Assembly (NCBI GenBank): GCA_951406725.2 | Contig: OX597823.1 | Coordinates: 115,320,001 to 115,384,000 of the forward strand | Direction: 5' to 3' | Source: Octopus vulgaris | Lineage: Eukaryota | Length of the DNA: 64,000 nt | Shown: positions 27,301-40,313 of the stretch, piece by piece | How the letters are laid out: each line of letters opens with the position of its first letter | How positions within the stretch are numbered: the first letter of the stretch is position 1 | Made by a program: the position numbers and the translations under genes | Notes under the pieces: generated by a model | Databases searched by the model: none | The model's input: only the letters and a program-made list of their open reading frames with translations | What the model was told of the DNA's origin: nothing

Positions 27301-27711
27301 GAGGGGGGGATAGAGGAGGAGGAGGAGGAGGTAGGCAAGAAGAAAAGGTGGCTGGCGTGTGCCGTGGGAGGAGAAGTGCGAGGTGGAAGCAAGGAGAAAG
27401 CGGCAGCCACGGCGTATGCCACGGGAGTAGCAGTGAGAGCTAGAGCGAACGGGACGGAACTAGGGTAGTGCCGTGTGGTAGAGGGAGGGAGGGAGGCAGG
27501 CAGGCAGGGAGAGAGGAGGAGGAGGAGGAGGAGGATGAAAAATAAAGCGTGCAGAGAGGGGGGAGGGAGAGGGAGGGAGGAAGCGAATAAGACAAGTGAA
27601 AAGGAGCGAGCCGGCCTCGCGCGCCGAGAGAAAGAGTAAGAAGTGGCGTGTGTCACATAAAGAAAGGAAGGAAACGGTATAAAGAGAGAGAGAGAATATA
27701 CAAATATAAAG

Positions 27712-27757
<46 letters not shown>

Positions 27758-28410
27758 GTATATACACACACACACAAAGACGGAGAGAGAGAGAGAGAGG
27801 AAGAGCCGGCGTCTGAGTCGAGCGTCTCCCGCCGCTTTCTATCCAAGACTAGCTTCTTTTTCACTTTTGAAAAAGTGAGCGGCTGACTGCTATTGCAGCA
27901 TCTATCCTGTATAATAATGAAGAAGACGAACCACCTCCGCCGCCGCCGCCGCCACCGTCACACATCATATACACTCGCATCCTATACACACTCACCTGAC
28001 TTTCATAATAATCATAGAGTAATGACAATTCCATTAGTAGTGCCACAGACAAACTAAAACTAAGCCCAACGAATAAAAATCAAAACCGAAAATCCGTCCC
28101 CGAATTGAAGCGGAGAGAGAAGAAGCGATAAAGAGGAGGGGCTTCGGAGTTAAACAACTTTTATTATACAATTTTCCCACAAATGTGACAGGAAGCACCA
28201 GTGATATAATCATCTGGTGGCGCGGGGACGGGGTGGGGGTGGGGGGAGAGAGGACACACTCGATGAGATCGAACTCACAGTGCATCACTGGTACAAATCG
28301 AATACTTTTTCTCCACAGAGGAATGGAAAAATCAAAGTCGCGCTCCGTTGACTTTGAACTCGGGGGGGGGGGGGGGCGGGAAAAGATTTGGTCCGGTGGT
28401 TTTCGTGGCT
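27280..28410 (-). promoter_or_regulatory. CpG/GC-rich promoter region of elav
   Basis: High CpG density versus CpG-depleted flanks, GC boxes (GGGGCGGG ~28373-28380), GGA/CCT tracts and G-runs, lying around the candidate first exons. Confidence 0.55.
27996..28034 (-). CDS. elav: Probable coding first exon of elav (MELSLLYDYYESQ)
   Basis: ATG at 28034 and 13 open codons ending in the consensus donor CAG|GTGAGT, phase 0. Joins in frame to the phase-0 acceptor at 21960. Confidence 0.65.
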
Positions 28411-28469
28411 CCAGGCAGTCAACGAAGCTCATTATGTATTACTCAACACCAAAACCAACCAAGCATATC

Positions 28470-28775
28470 ACTGGTATGTCATACATCTCTACAGCAATTC
28501 GATATAAAACTGGTACATCTCTACACCAACCATTCTATATATACCGGTGCATCTCTACAACAACGCAATAAATTCCTCCTTATTACTGGTACATCTCTAT
28601 AAATCCAATATGTTATCGATTGTTCCTGGTATATCGTTATAACAACGCATTATGTTACTGGTACATCACTTATATCGACTCAGTATATTACAGAGACAGT
28701 TCTTCATCAGGGCGGCATATTATTTATTTCACCGCTATTATCAAACGAGCACCGAATATATCACTGGTACATGGA
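28470..28775. repeat. Degenerate ~32-42-bp-period array of ACTGGTACATC(TCTA)
   Basis: Copies at ~28470, 28509, 28543, 28585, 28625 and 28657, with outliers at 28763 and 28287. Confidence 0.75.
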
Positions 28776-29084
28776 TATCAAGCACGAAAACGGAGATATC
28801 AGAAGGCAATAAGAATGTGGGATAATAATGAGATGTCTTCGGAAAGATCTACACGTTTTCTTTTCTACACGCACGACAACTAGGGTAACAAAAAAGGGTG
28901 TGTATAGACGTGTGTATATAATTCTGTATATAAGTTTATATATACATACAGATATCTCCATACATAGAAATATACGGATATATACATATTCACATACACG
29001 AACACACACACACATTCAAATCTATATAAACATAAATTTGCAGACGGACATATGCCGATGTACATACATAAAAATATACATAAT

Positions 29085-29119
29085 AGGAAAAGGTATGTAT
29101 ATGTGTATTTGTGTGTGTG

Positions 29120-29195
<76 letters not shown>

Positions 29196-29513
29196 AGTGT
29201 ATATATAAACATATATATAAACATTTTGTGTATATATATATATATATATATATACAATGTATATGTATATATACACTATGTGTGTATATATACAATATGT
29301 ATATATAATATATATAAACATATGTGTATATATAATACACAATATATGTAATATATATATATATAATATGTATAATATATATGATGATGATGATGATGAT
29401 ATACAGACACACAATTGCATATATATATATATATACATATATACACACAATTGCATATATATATATATATATATACACACACAATTGCATATATATATAT
29501 ATATACACATACA

Positions 29514-29564
<51 letters not shown>

Positions 29565-29640
29565 CACATATATAACCTATATACACACACACACAATTCC
29601 ATATATATATATATATATATATAGTTACAAGTACATATAT
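29085..29640. repeat. Compound (TA)n/(CA)n microsatellite
   Basis: Direct inspection. Confidence 0.95.
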
Positions 29641-30038
29641 GTCAAAAAAACTATTGGTGTCATTCAGATAGATTAATCAGTCAAGGTTCAGATACCTGCA
29701 ACTCAATGACTTGTCTCTAAATATGCTTCACTTCACATGTTTATTTCTCCACTGTGATTCAAAACTAGAACTAACTGCTACAGAATTTTTGCATAAGCAA
29801 CTTGCAGACCATGGCACCAATTATGCAACAACTCTCGAAACAGCTGTAAAGACCTATCTGCACACCTTTGCTTCTAACATTTTCAAGGTCTTTAGCTGCA
29901 ATGATCCACCTACCAAACAATGACATATAAACCCTATAGATTTCTCCACTACTTTATCATGGTCAGCACTCATTTACATTGCAACCATTGCAGACCTTCC
30001 ACATTTTGGGACTCTTTGGCACTTTCTGCTATATATAT

Positions 30039-30180
30039 GAAAGGGTGCTGAAAATTTCCTAGATTTAAGGGTATTGCAAAAGGCCTGGTTGGAAGCACAA
30101 ACTTCCGAGTTCTTTTACAGGTCTTATAAAAACTGAAGGACCACTGCAATAAGTGTGTGAATCTGGGAGGGAAATACAGG
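30039..30180 (+). mobile_element. Short mariner-derived MITE fragment
   Basis: TIR-like GAAAGGGTGCTGAAAATTTCCT followed by a transposase C-terminal remnant (KLKDHCNKCVNLGGKY). Confidence 0.55.
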
Positions 30181-31199
30181 TATGCACATGATATACATAC
30201 ACACACACATATATATAATACCTGAATATTTATCATATATTTATATACGTATAGAGCCCCTCTCACTCTCATATTACAGCAACCTAATATTAAGGGAAAT
30301 TGTAAAGTATGGCTACAAATTTTGAGATAAGGTTTGTAATTTCACTCACATGAAGACCTACATGAATTTTAACAATTCAAACACAATACTTTGTTCATAG
30401 CCAAAGAGTTGCTCCTTAGTATCAAGATATTTTCACAATTTGAAGAACTACAATCACAATACACACATTATACATGTCCTAGGACTAAGACCATCAACAC
30501 AAAAACCAATGCAACCAATGCCATTACCATCCCCAAAACACCTTAATTACTCACAGCAGCAACACTTGAATGGAGAAGACAAGAAATGCCATCAAAAATA
30601 AAAAAAAAACTATGCCATGAGATAATGTGGCAGATTAGTGTTTTCCAAAAATTAAGTGAAATATCTTTCATTGTAGGCCAATGAGAATTGACTTAAGACT
30701 AAAGAGCAACAATAATACAGAAACAAGAATATGACCATTAAAACCTCACCATCACTATCATCACCAACAACAATAGGAATACAACTAATACCATCAAAAC
30801 TTGCAACCCACAAACTGTGAATAACCTACTTGAATCAACAATAATAGCATTAGCATGAGAGTAATGTCTGTAGCTACATATATTGTATATCAATACAATG
30901 GATTGTTTGCATGTGTATGAATATGCTTATGCGAATGGATGAGTAACCAGAGTTTCAAATTTCAAGGCTTAAGTCAAATGTGAAAGAGGCAAAGAGCCCA
31001 TGAACCTGATAACCCATCAACCACCAGTAATCATACAGTATACCCTCCCATCTCACTCCGTCACCCTTTTGTCTTCTGATTTTCATTGTTACATCTATAG
31101 GAATTAGACAATAAATATTTGCTCACACAAAACAGTTCTTTTCTGGTGATGCTTTTTTTTTTACTACATATTTGTTGTAATTGTTTTATCACCGGTGCA

Positions 31200-31950
31200 G
31201 TTAGATTTACCTGCAATTCAAGATGTTTGGAAAGACTTCAAGTGGAACTGAGGGCAGTAGTGCAAAAAGCAATAATAAAAGGATAACAATGGATATTAAA
31301 CATGATGCTTTAAAATGGCTTGATGCAGGGTGGGGGGAAAGGACACTTCCAAAAATATTAATGCTTGCAATGTCTACACTGAGAACAATAATGAGAAAAT
31401 AATGTCAAGTGTTCAAGAACTTATTCTGTTAATAGCGCAGATCACATTTTTGTCCTAAATCTAATGTTGAGCTTAAACTGGAATAGCTCTTGGGAGTAAG
31501 ATTCAGGATCAGATAAAACATTGTGTTGATTAGCATGGTGGTAATTAAAACCCTGCCAAACGTGTGCATGGTAATTTGCAGGAAACGGAATGTGAAACAT
31601 CTATCGGAAAGTCTTTTTCAGGCTAGGCAAAAGCTGGTTTGGAAGTTTTAAGAAATGCTTGAATCTGCTCAACATAAATATACCTGGTGAAGCTGTCAGT
31701 GCTGATACCAAGACTGCAACTAATTATCTTGGGCAACTGCAAAAATAGGATTAAGCGGGCTACAAAACACAGCAACAATGCATTGTTGTGAAACGGCAGG
31801 TTTCTGGAAGTTCAGGTTAACTAGAATGTTTATTGCTCGCAAATCGACACTGAGATTTGAAACTTCAAAAAATAAAGCTTCCACTGAGAGGACATAACTG
31901 CAGGTGATGTGAAATTAAAGCCCTTCCTCATGTAGCACACCAAAAATCTA
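31200..31950 (+). mobile_element. Possible highly decayed pogo/Tigger-like transposase remnant
   Basis: DALKWLDAGW and ATMHCCETAGF resemble DA...I..AW..V and TI.NCF.KAGF; weak. Confidence 0.25.
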
Positions 31951-32222
31951 AGGAACTTAAAACATTATGCAAACTTTAATTTATCTCTCATTTGGCATTC
32001 AAATTAGAAGGCATGGATGACAAAAGATTTGTTTACAAGCAAACATTGCTCTGTGTAGGAAAGTGATTGCCAGACACATTCTGGCATGATACTCATGCAA
32101 ACATTAACAGACATATATACATACATACATACTTATACAACATACACACACACATATGTATATATATACACACATGCTTACATATATATATATATATATC
32201 CATACATAGATATACATATGTA

Positions 32223-32264
<42 letters not shown>

Positions 32265-32280
32265 TACATATATATGCATC

Positions 32281-32316
32281 CTTTCTGTGGAAGAGCATAG
32301 GCTCGAAACGTTAAAG
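32281..32316 (+). ncRNA. Minimal hammerhead-like motif in a Penelope-type LTR remnant (core variant CUGUGGA)
   Basis: CTTT-CTGTGGA-A-GAGC-ATAG-GCTC-GAAA-CG-T-T-AAAG: stems I and II perfect, palindromic ACGT stem III, A6 replaced by T. Confidence 0.5.
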
Positions 32317-32404
32317 ACGTTTTCAATTCCTGAGTGTTATACTAATACATCTGTGTTTTCTACACCACCTGTCTTCGTCTTTTAGTTTTTACGTTAATTC
32401 TCCC

Positions 32405-32707
32405 TATATATATATATGCATATATATATATATATATACACATATATATATACATACGTATGCATATACACATATATACACATATATATACATATATATG
32501 CATATACACATATATATACATATATATGCATATACACATATATATACATATATATGCATATACACATATATATACATATATATGCATACATATATATATA
32601 TGCATACATATATTTATATATATGCATACATATATTTATATATATATATATACATACATACATATATTTGCATACATACATATATATATATACATGTACA
32701 TACATAC

Positions 32708-32743
<36 letters not shown>

Positions 32744-32773
32744 GTACATACATACATACATATATATGTATAT
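32405..32773. repeat. Compound (TA)n/TACA/TGCA microsatellite
   Basis: Direct inspection. Confidence 0.95.
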
Positions 32774-33290
32774 AAAAAAACCAGATGTGTGTGTATAAAA
32801 CCGTAGAACTTCTGAAGTTTACAACTGATTTTCTCTAAACGAAGAACATACATTACTTATGTTCTAGAGATGGTTTTATACTCTTAAAAGTTTTTACATA
32901 ATGTGTAATGGGGCCTCTGGGAACAAAAGAAAACCCTTTCCTGGGTAAACAATAGAAATGATCGCATAACTTGGTTGCTTCATTGGTTCAAGGGACATTA
33001 CTTTTGGTGATGTAGTTATGTTAATTTCCCTATCTCTATATATTATTATATACATATAAAACTGGGGATGTGTTTGTGCATGTGTAAGCCTGCAGAACTT
33101 CTGATGTTCACAAATGATTTTCTACAAATTGGGAACATACATACATTACTTATGTTCCAGAGAAGGTTTTAGACTCTTAAAATTTTTCATGTAATGAGTA
33201 ACAGGGTCCCATGGGACAGAAAACACCCTTTCCTGAGGTATGTACAACTGTTGCATGGTCTATGCATTGCTTCTGTTCAAACTGGAAAAA
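32770..33290 (+). repeat. Tandem pair of ~270-bp Helitron-like repeat units
   Basis: AGAACTTCTGA...TGATTTTCT...CATACATTACTTATGTTC.AGAGA.GGTTTTA.ACTCTTAAAA recurs at ~32800 and ~33090. Confidence 0.55.
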
Positions 33291-33442
33291 AACAGCTAAT
33301 GAAGTGATATAAGTAGGTTGTATTAAATGGAAGAACTGATGTAGACTTCAAACTACATTGTCTAAGTGGTAACAATAATAGCCTGATCCCCAATATCATG
33401 GGTAGCAATTTGCTGAAATAAAAATTGTTTGGAATGCACTAT

Positions 33443-33817
33443 TACTCTTTTACTTGTTTCAGTCATTTGACTGCGGCCATGCTGGAGCACCGCCTTTAGT
33501 CGAGCAAATCGACCCCGGGACTTATTCTTTGTAAGCCCAGTACTTATTCTATCGGTCTCTTTTGCCGAACCGCTAAGTGACGGGGACGTAAACACACCAG
33601 CATCGGTTGTCAAGCAATGCTAAGGGGACAAACACAGACACACAAACACATACACACACATACATATATATATATACATATATACGACAGGCTTCTTTCA
33701 GTTTCCATCTACCAAATCCACTCACAAGGCATTGGTCGGCCCGGGGCTATAGCAGAAGACACTTGCCCAAGATGCCACGCAGTGGGACCGAACCCGGAAC
33801 CATGTGGTTGGTTAGCA
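33443..33817 (-). mobile_element. SINE family A (young, CpGs intact, slightly 5'-truncated)
   Basis: Reverse complement of 40314-40720. Confidence 0.9.
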
Positions 33818-35106
33818 AAAAAAATTTGCCAAAATATGTGAAATTCTAAGCAACTATGCAACTATTTTCTTTTAGTTTCAGTACCAAAGTGTTCCTTCTA
33901 AGTATAGACGAAGCTCATGCAAGTATTCTTCAGCTATTGATTACAAGCCAAAATATCGCATGTATATTAACCTACTAATTTATGGTGTCTAAGACCCAAC
34001 CACATTAGTTAAAGACCGTGTCCTTAATGTGACTTTGAATGCCCAGATGTTGCATGCAGAATTGGTTTTGTTTGGGGGCTGAGTTGTCCTTACAATGGTC
34101 ACACACTGTTTACACTAAGGAGTGCACACTTGAACCACAAATATTGATTTCAAACCAAAATATTGCACGACAATATTGTTTTCAAGCACTTCCTTGCCAA
34201 TCCCCACCTCTCATGTGGTGCTGTTGAATGCACCCACAGGCTTGATTTATCACATAGATGTAGTTCCTATATCTGCTGATCTTTCAGCGTGATAGTGGCA
34301 GCACCAACAGCAGCAAAGAAGAGTATATTCACTGAGAACTTTTTGGTGCATTCAAAAATCACATACACCCCACCCACTTTTCCATGACAAAGTTAGGGCT
34401 TGGAATCTTCCAAACAGACACATGATGTATTACATAGTTGAATTAGCCCTTCATTTACTCCACAAATATTTTGTCATCAATGCTACATTTCCTCGTATCA
34501 TGTTTCAACTTAACTGTACCACAATATAAGCCATGCCATTCAAATCCCAAGCAACACTGGGCATGTCTGCTACTAATAAACAAAAATGAGCAATAGAAGC
34601 AATATTAATACCAAAAGATAAAATATATTCACCAGTTAAAAGAGGATGTTGCTTTAGAACAAACAAATGCAGCAATATTTAACAAGAGAGAAAATTCACA
34701 TATGGTTATTGGGGCATAAAAGCACATCATAGCTACCGCCACTTCTGCTGCATGAACTACCAGTTCAGGTGATTTCAGCCTTATTTTGCATTACCATTGA
34801 TAGACATCAAGCAGCTGAAAATAACAGTAACTTCCACACTAACTATATATGTAAAAATACAGAGCCAAATCAGGTGCTGAAGTCATTAAAAGATGAAATG
34901 TATTTTTATAGAAAACAGTGAAATGACAAACAAAAAATGAGATACTTTTTGGAAAGTGACCTGATGAGACACACCTGCACCTATAATGTATGACCCTTGA
35001 TAATACAGCATCTCACCTTCAAGATATGGGTACAGGATCAGCTGAAACGATTGTAGTGGTTCTGAATAAAAAGTCTTGTTAGTTTTGTTTCCATTTTTCA
35101 TCTTTA

Positions 35107-35154
<48 letters not shown>

Positions 35155-35284
35155 GTGTATATATCTATATATATATATTTAGATATATATATGTATGTAT
35201 ATACACATATTTACACATCTATACATACACACATACATGTGAATGGATACATACACATATCTATACATATATATATATATATAT

Positions 35285-35334
<50 letters not shown>

Positions 35335-35744
35335 ACATACACAAATATATACATATATACATACATAGCACTGATATTATGCAAAAGTGTCATAATTCAA
35401 AAATGTTACTTTTTCAGAAGATGAAAAAATAGTTTCACTACTCCATAGCTAAACCATTGCACTAGACTTTGACAATTTTTGATATTTTGGCATCTGAAGC
35501 AGCTGGAGATACAATAATTTGACCAAAAGAACCAGCTATTGCAAGCAAAAATAAATATTGAAAAAACGCATTTGGCCAAATTTAGACACAAGACAATTTA
35601 ACATAACAGCAATGGTATATATTACCCAAAAAAGCCTATCCACCACAGCAGAACTGTGATGCTCTAGAACTACATTCAGGTAAAATGACTCACACACAGA
35701 TGCTCTAGAACTTACAGAGTCAGGTAAAATATGCTGGTGCCATG

Positions 35745-35968
35745 TACAAAGCACTGGTGATGGTGCCTCATAACAAGCACAAGTGCTGGTACCATGTAAA
35801 AAGCACCCACTACACCCCGTAAAGTGGCTGATACTAGGAAGGACAGTGAGCTGTAGAAACCAAGCCCAAACAGACTACAGAACCTGGCAGACACTGGTCT
35901 TACCAAGTCCTGTCAAGCAAACCAACCCATGCCAACATGGAAAACAGGCTTTAAAGCATAATGGTGAT
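35745..35968 (+). mobile_element. Retroposon family B, diverged
   Basis: AAAAGCACCCACTACAC...CCAACCCATGCCAACATGGAAAACAGG. Confidence 0.7.
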
Positions 35969-36079
35969 AATACATGTAATAGATACATGTATACACATTC
36001 TTTTAGTCTTTCACTTGTTTCAGCCACTTGACTGTGGCCATGCTGGAGCACAACCTTTAATCGACCCCAGGACTTATGC

Positions 36080-36630
36080 TTTTCTCAATTTCCAATAGTG
36101 TTCTTTTCAGGTGGGACATTTCACTATTTTTGAGATGTGTTTGTTCAGGTGGTTCGGAGTATTTGCTCATCTCATAAGAATTTTCGTCTCACTAGGGATC
36201 ATTCTCCTGTGTGTTGGCCTGGTGCTCTGGGACAGATTTGTTGGATACAGTTTGCATTATGGATATGAGATCTTAAAGTTTCATGTCAATGTCTGGTGTG
36301 GTGAGACATTGAGGCCAATTCTCTTTGAGGATATCTTTCTCAAATGATTCCCAGTTAGCTTTATGATTGTTTCAGACTGGAGAGATTTCAGGGGCTTCTT
36401 GTAGCCTGTATGTCTGCAGGTGAATTGGGTTCACAGAACAGACAGCTATATTATGTTGTGATCCAAGACTAGTGTCTGCGACAATTTCACATTATGGATT
36501 ATGTCCATATTGTTTTGTGAAGTAGATATCCAGTATATTATTTACCTTGGTTGGAGCAAAATTTGCTCCATGAAAGAAATATTGGTAAGGTTGAGCAGGG
36601 ACACCAATTGTGCTTCTTAGCAAAGTGTCA
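36080..36630 (-). mobile_element. Decayed Penelope-like element fragment
   Basis: Weak remnants of the linker and GIY-YIG region (ILKENW, IYWIS); lies next to the 36919-37078 inverted repeat. Confidence 0.35.
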
Positions 36631-36739
36631 ATATATATACAGGCACACACACATATACAATCATATAGTCATATATATATATACACATACACACAACCAT
36701 ATATTCATATATATATATACACATACACACAACCATATA

Positions 36740-36782
<43 letters not shown>

Positions 36783-36918
36783 GCACACACACACATATAT
36801 ATATACACATGCATATATATTCATATAAATAATATTAGGGTAATAAGAATTAAAGAAATTATTATTACCAGTGTCCTAGCACACAAACAAAATAGTCAAT
36901 AGACTATACATTATTCAC

Positions 36919-37068
36919 ATAAAATTATCGTGTACATTAGAACACATTAAGAGGCTTCCAAATAGGAAAGCTTTGTGCTAGAAAGAGCAGTGGTTTGAGT
37001 TTTCTACTGCTCTTTCTAGCACAAGGCTTTCCTATTTGGAAGCCTCTTAATGTATTCTAATGTACACG

Positions 37069-37078
<10 letters not shown>
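36919..37078. repeat. Inverted repeat, 75-bp arms with a 10-nt loop
   Basis: 36919-36993 is the reverse complement of 37004-37078 with 3 transition mismatches. Confidence 0.9.
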
Positions 37079-37114
<36 letters not shown>

Positions 37115-37124
37115 GTGTACATAT

Positions 37125-37495
37125 GTGGCTGTGTGGTAAGTAGCTTGTTTACCAGCCACTTGGTTCTGGGTTCAGTCCCACTGCGTGGCACCTTGGGCAA
37201 GTGTCTTCTACTATAGCCTCGGGCCGACCAAAGTCGGATTTGGTAGACGGAAACTGAAAGAAGCCCATCGTATATATGTATATATATGCATGTGTATGTT
37301 TGTTTGTCTGTGTTTGTCCCCCTAGTATTGTGTTGACAACCGATGCTGGTGTGTTTATGTCCCTGTCACTTAGTGGTTCGGCAAAAGAAACCGATATGAT
37401 AAGTACTGGGCTTACAAAGAATAAGTCCCAGGGTCGAGTTGCTCAATTAAAGGCGGTGCTCCAGCATGGCCGCAGTCAAATGACTGAAACAAGTA
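37125..37495 (+). mobile_element. SINE family A
   Basis: Collinear with 40314-40720. Confidence 0.9.
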
Positions 37496-37514
37496 TAATA
37501 AAAAAAAAATGCAG

Positions 37515-37950
37515 AGCCATCAAGCCAAGCAGAATAGCAGTGATGGCAGATACTGGTATCACACAAATAGCACCTGTGCATGTAGCACACAGATAGAACC
37601 CATTACACTCTCAGAATGGTTAGCATTACTAAGGGCATCCTGGTGCAACCTTCCAGTGTGCCATCCCAGTTAAACTATGCCAGCATGGACAACGGATGTT
37701 AAATGATGATGATGATATGCACATACATATCATCAGCCTCATTTCACATCTGCTTTCCATGCTGGCATGGGTTAGAAGGATCGACTGGTATTTGTATGGT
37801 TTCTACGGCCAAATGACTTTCATAATGCCAACCACTTCAATGGTATAAGGGTGATTTTTATGTGCCACAAGCATGGATGCTTGTACATGCAACCAGCAAA
37901 AGTACCTCTATGTGTCACCAGAATGGGTGCCTGATATGTGACACCAGCAT
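37515..37950. mobile_element. Tail-to-tail pair of diverged family B copies
   Basis: The plus copy ends GGATGTTAAATGATGATGAT at ~37716; the minus copy begins CATCTGCTTTCCATGCTGGCATGGGTT at ~37747. Confidence 0.65.
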
Positions 37951-38003
37951 CAAATACAACATACATATATTACATATACACACACACACACACACATATA
38001 TGT

Positions 38004-38357
38004 GTGCAAGAGTGGCTGTGTGCTAAGTAGCTTGCCTACCAACTGGTTCCGGGTTCAGTCCTACTGCGAGGCATCTTGGGCAAGTGATTTCTACTATAGC
38101 CTTGGACCGACCAAAGCCTTGTGAGAGGATTTGGTAGATGGAAACTGAACGAAGCCTGTTGTATATATATGTGTATGTGTGTTTGTCACCCCCACCAATG
38201 GTGGTGTGCTTATGTCCCCGTAACATAGCAGTTCGTCAAAAGAGACCAATAGAATAAGTACTAGGCTTACAAAGAATAAGTTCTGGGGGTCGATTTGCTA
38301 GACTAAAGGTGGTGCTCCAGCATGGCTACAGTCAAGTGACTGAAACAAGTGAAAGAA
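38004..38357 (+). mobile_element. SINE family A
   Basis: Collinear with 40314-40720. Confidence 0.88.
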
Positions 38358-38489
38358 TATATATATACATATGTTGTTGAGAAGCAAGATTCTTACCACA
38401 CAGCTACACCTGTGCCTTGTATAATTATAAATATATTATATACATAAATATATATATATATAAATACATACACACATATAAACATATAT

Positions 38490-39110
38490 ATAGAGTGCAA
38501 TGTGTAAATAGTCACAGTACTATACTTTTAATTTCATGCATGTGCATAGTTCGTTTTTGATTCTGTGGACTACACAGAATGGTAGGGTCAGTTGGGCACC
38601 ATCTGTGAGAAAAACAACACCATGATGCAATTCACTCTGCCAGACATTTGGAAAAGATATGTTGTACTGTTTGGCATTCATGCTGGAAGTTTCAATATGA
38701 ACATTTCAGAGTCTTTGAGTGTCAATCTGAGGACATGTTTCAAGAGTGATAACAATCAGATATCCAGTCAACATCATGCTGTTTTCAGTGATCACTAGTG
38801 ATGGCGATGTTATGCCTCCATTCATCTTCCCACATGGTCTCAAATTCAACACGGAGACCTACATGAAGTGCATGGAGGAGGTAGTGGTGCCCTGGGTCAA
38901 GTGGGTGGCCACCAGAAGACCTTATGTCAGGCAACAGGACTCTGCACTGTGTCACACAACCAGGAAAACAGTCGTGGCTGTAACACTATTTCTGCAATAA
39001 CAGCACCCCAGACTGCAACACAATATTATTATGTGTGGAGCAAGAGACTAACAAAACTCTCTGTAACACTAAAGATGATCCCAAGGCAAGGATTATGGCA
39101 GCATTAAAAC
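38490..39110 (+). mobile_element. Decayed Tc1/mariner-superfamily transposase
   Basis: IMLFSVITSDGDVMPPFIFPHGLKFNTETYMKCMEEVVVPW...YVRQQDSALCHT (QQDxAPxH catalytic motif). Confidence 0.8.
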
Positions 39111-39129
39111 TTATTGTATGTATGTATAT

Positions 39130-40293
39130 TTTTTTCACTGTTGTTACACTCATCTGAAATGGAAGTGGCAAAGTGTGATATTCGAGCAATTTAGCTATTC
39201 AACTTCAAAACAGGATGTAAAGCAGCTGAAACCATTTGCAATATCAACGAAACATTTGGCGAGGAAATGACCAATGTGTGGTCAGCTCAAAAATGGTTTA
39301 AACGACTTCGCAGTGGAGACTTAAGCCTTGAAGATTGTGAGATTGTGGATGCCCATCTGTCATTGATGACAATCAATTAAAGAATGTCATTGAGAAAGAT
39401 CCATGTAAAACCACTCAAGAACTAATAAAAGAACTTCAAGTTAGCCAGAAAAGTGCATGCAATCAGAAAATCAAAAAGGCTTGACAGATGGGTACCACAC
39501 GATTTGAATGAAAATCAGAAAATGCGCAGATATGGAATTTGCTTCTCGCTTCTCTCTGTAACCAGACCTATCCATTTCTCAACTGTATTGTAACTTGCAA
39601 TGAAAAGTGTATCCTGTACAATAATGAAAAATGTTCTTTGCAGTGGTGGGACCAAAAGGAAGCACCAAAAACCATCTTTAAATCCAAGCTCTTCAAAAAG
39701 GTTATGGTGACTGTTTGGTGGCGTACTGCTGGACTCATCCACTATAACTTCTTAAAACCTGGAAAAACCATTACTGCAGAAACATATTGCCATGAAATTG
39801 CCAAAATGAATGAAAAACTGCTACTTCTCCATCTCAGACTGGCCAACATATACATACATACATACATACATATACACACACATATATATACATACATATA
39901 CACACACACACATACACACAGACACGCACATATATACATATACACACACTACTCCAGAATTTGAGAGAACTTCATTATGAAGCTCTTCTCCACCCAGCTT
40001 ATTCCCCCAGACCCTTCTCCTACTGAGTACAACTTTTTTCAAGCGCCTTGATGCTTTCCTGAAAGAGAAGGAGTTCAAAAATCAAACCAATGCTGACAGT
40101 GTGTTCAAAGAGTTCCTCAGCTCCAGAACTCCAGATTTTTATGCTACCGGAATAAACAAACTTATAATTAGTTGGCAAAAATGTGTTGATTGTAATGGTA
40201 CTTACTTTGCTGAATAAAATTTCTGCATGGTTGAAATATATTGTGATGAATTACATGTTACACAACATTGCTTACATTTTACTCAGCCTGATA
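39130..40293 (+). mobile_element. Near full-length decayed mariner transposon
   Basis: ATG at 39159 (MEVAKCDIRAI..FK.GCKAAET.CNINETFG), WVPHDL, FLNCIVTCNEKCILYNN, HPAYSPDL; stops and frameshifts; microsatellite at ~39847-39950. Confidence 0.9.
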
Positions 40294-40313
40294 TAAATAT
40301 ATATATATATATA

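Noticed and set aside
28470-28775. CRISPR-like repeat-spacer appearance
   Set aside because: Repeats are only 11-15 nt and degenerate, the context is eukaryotic, and there are no cas genes.
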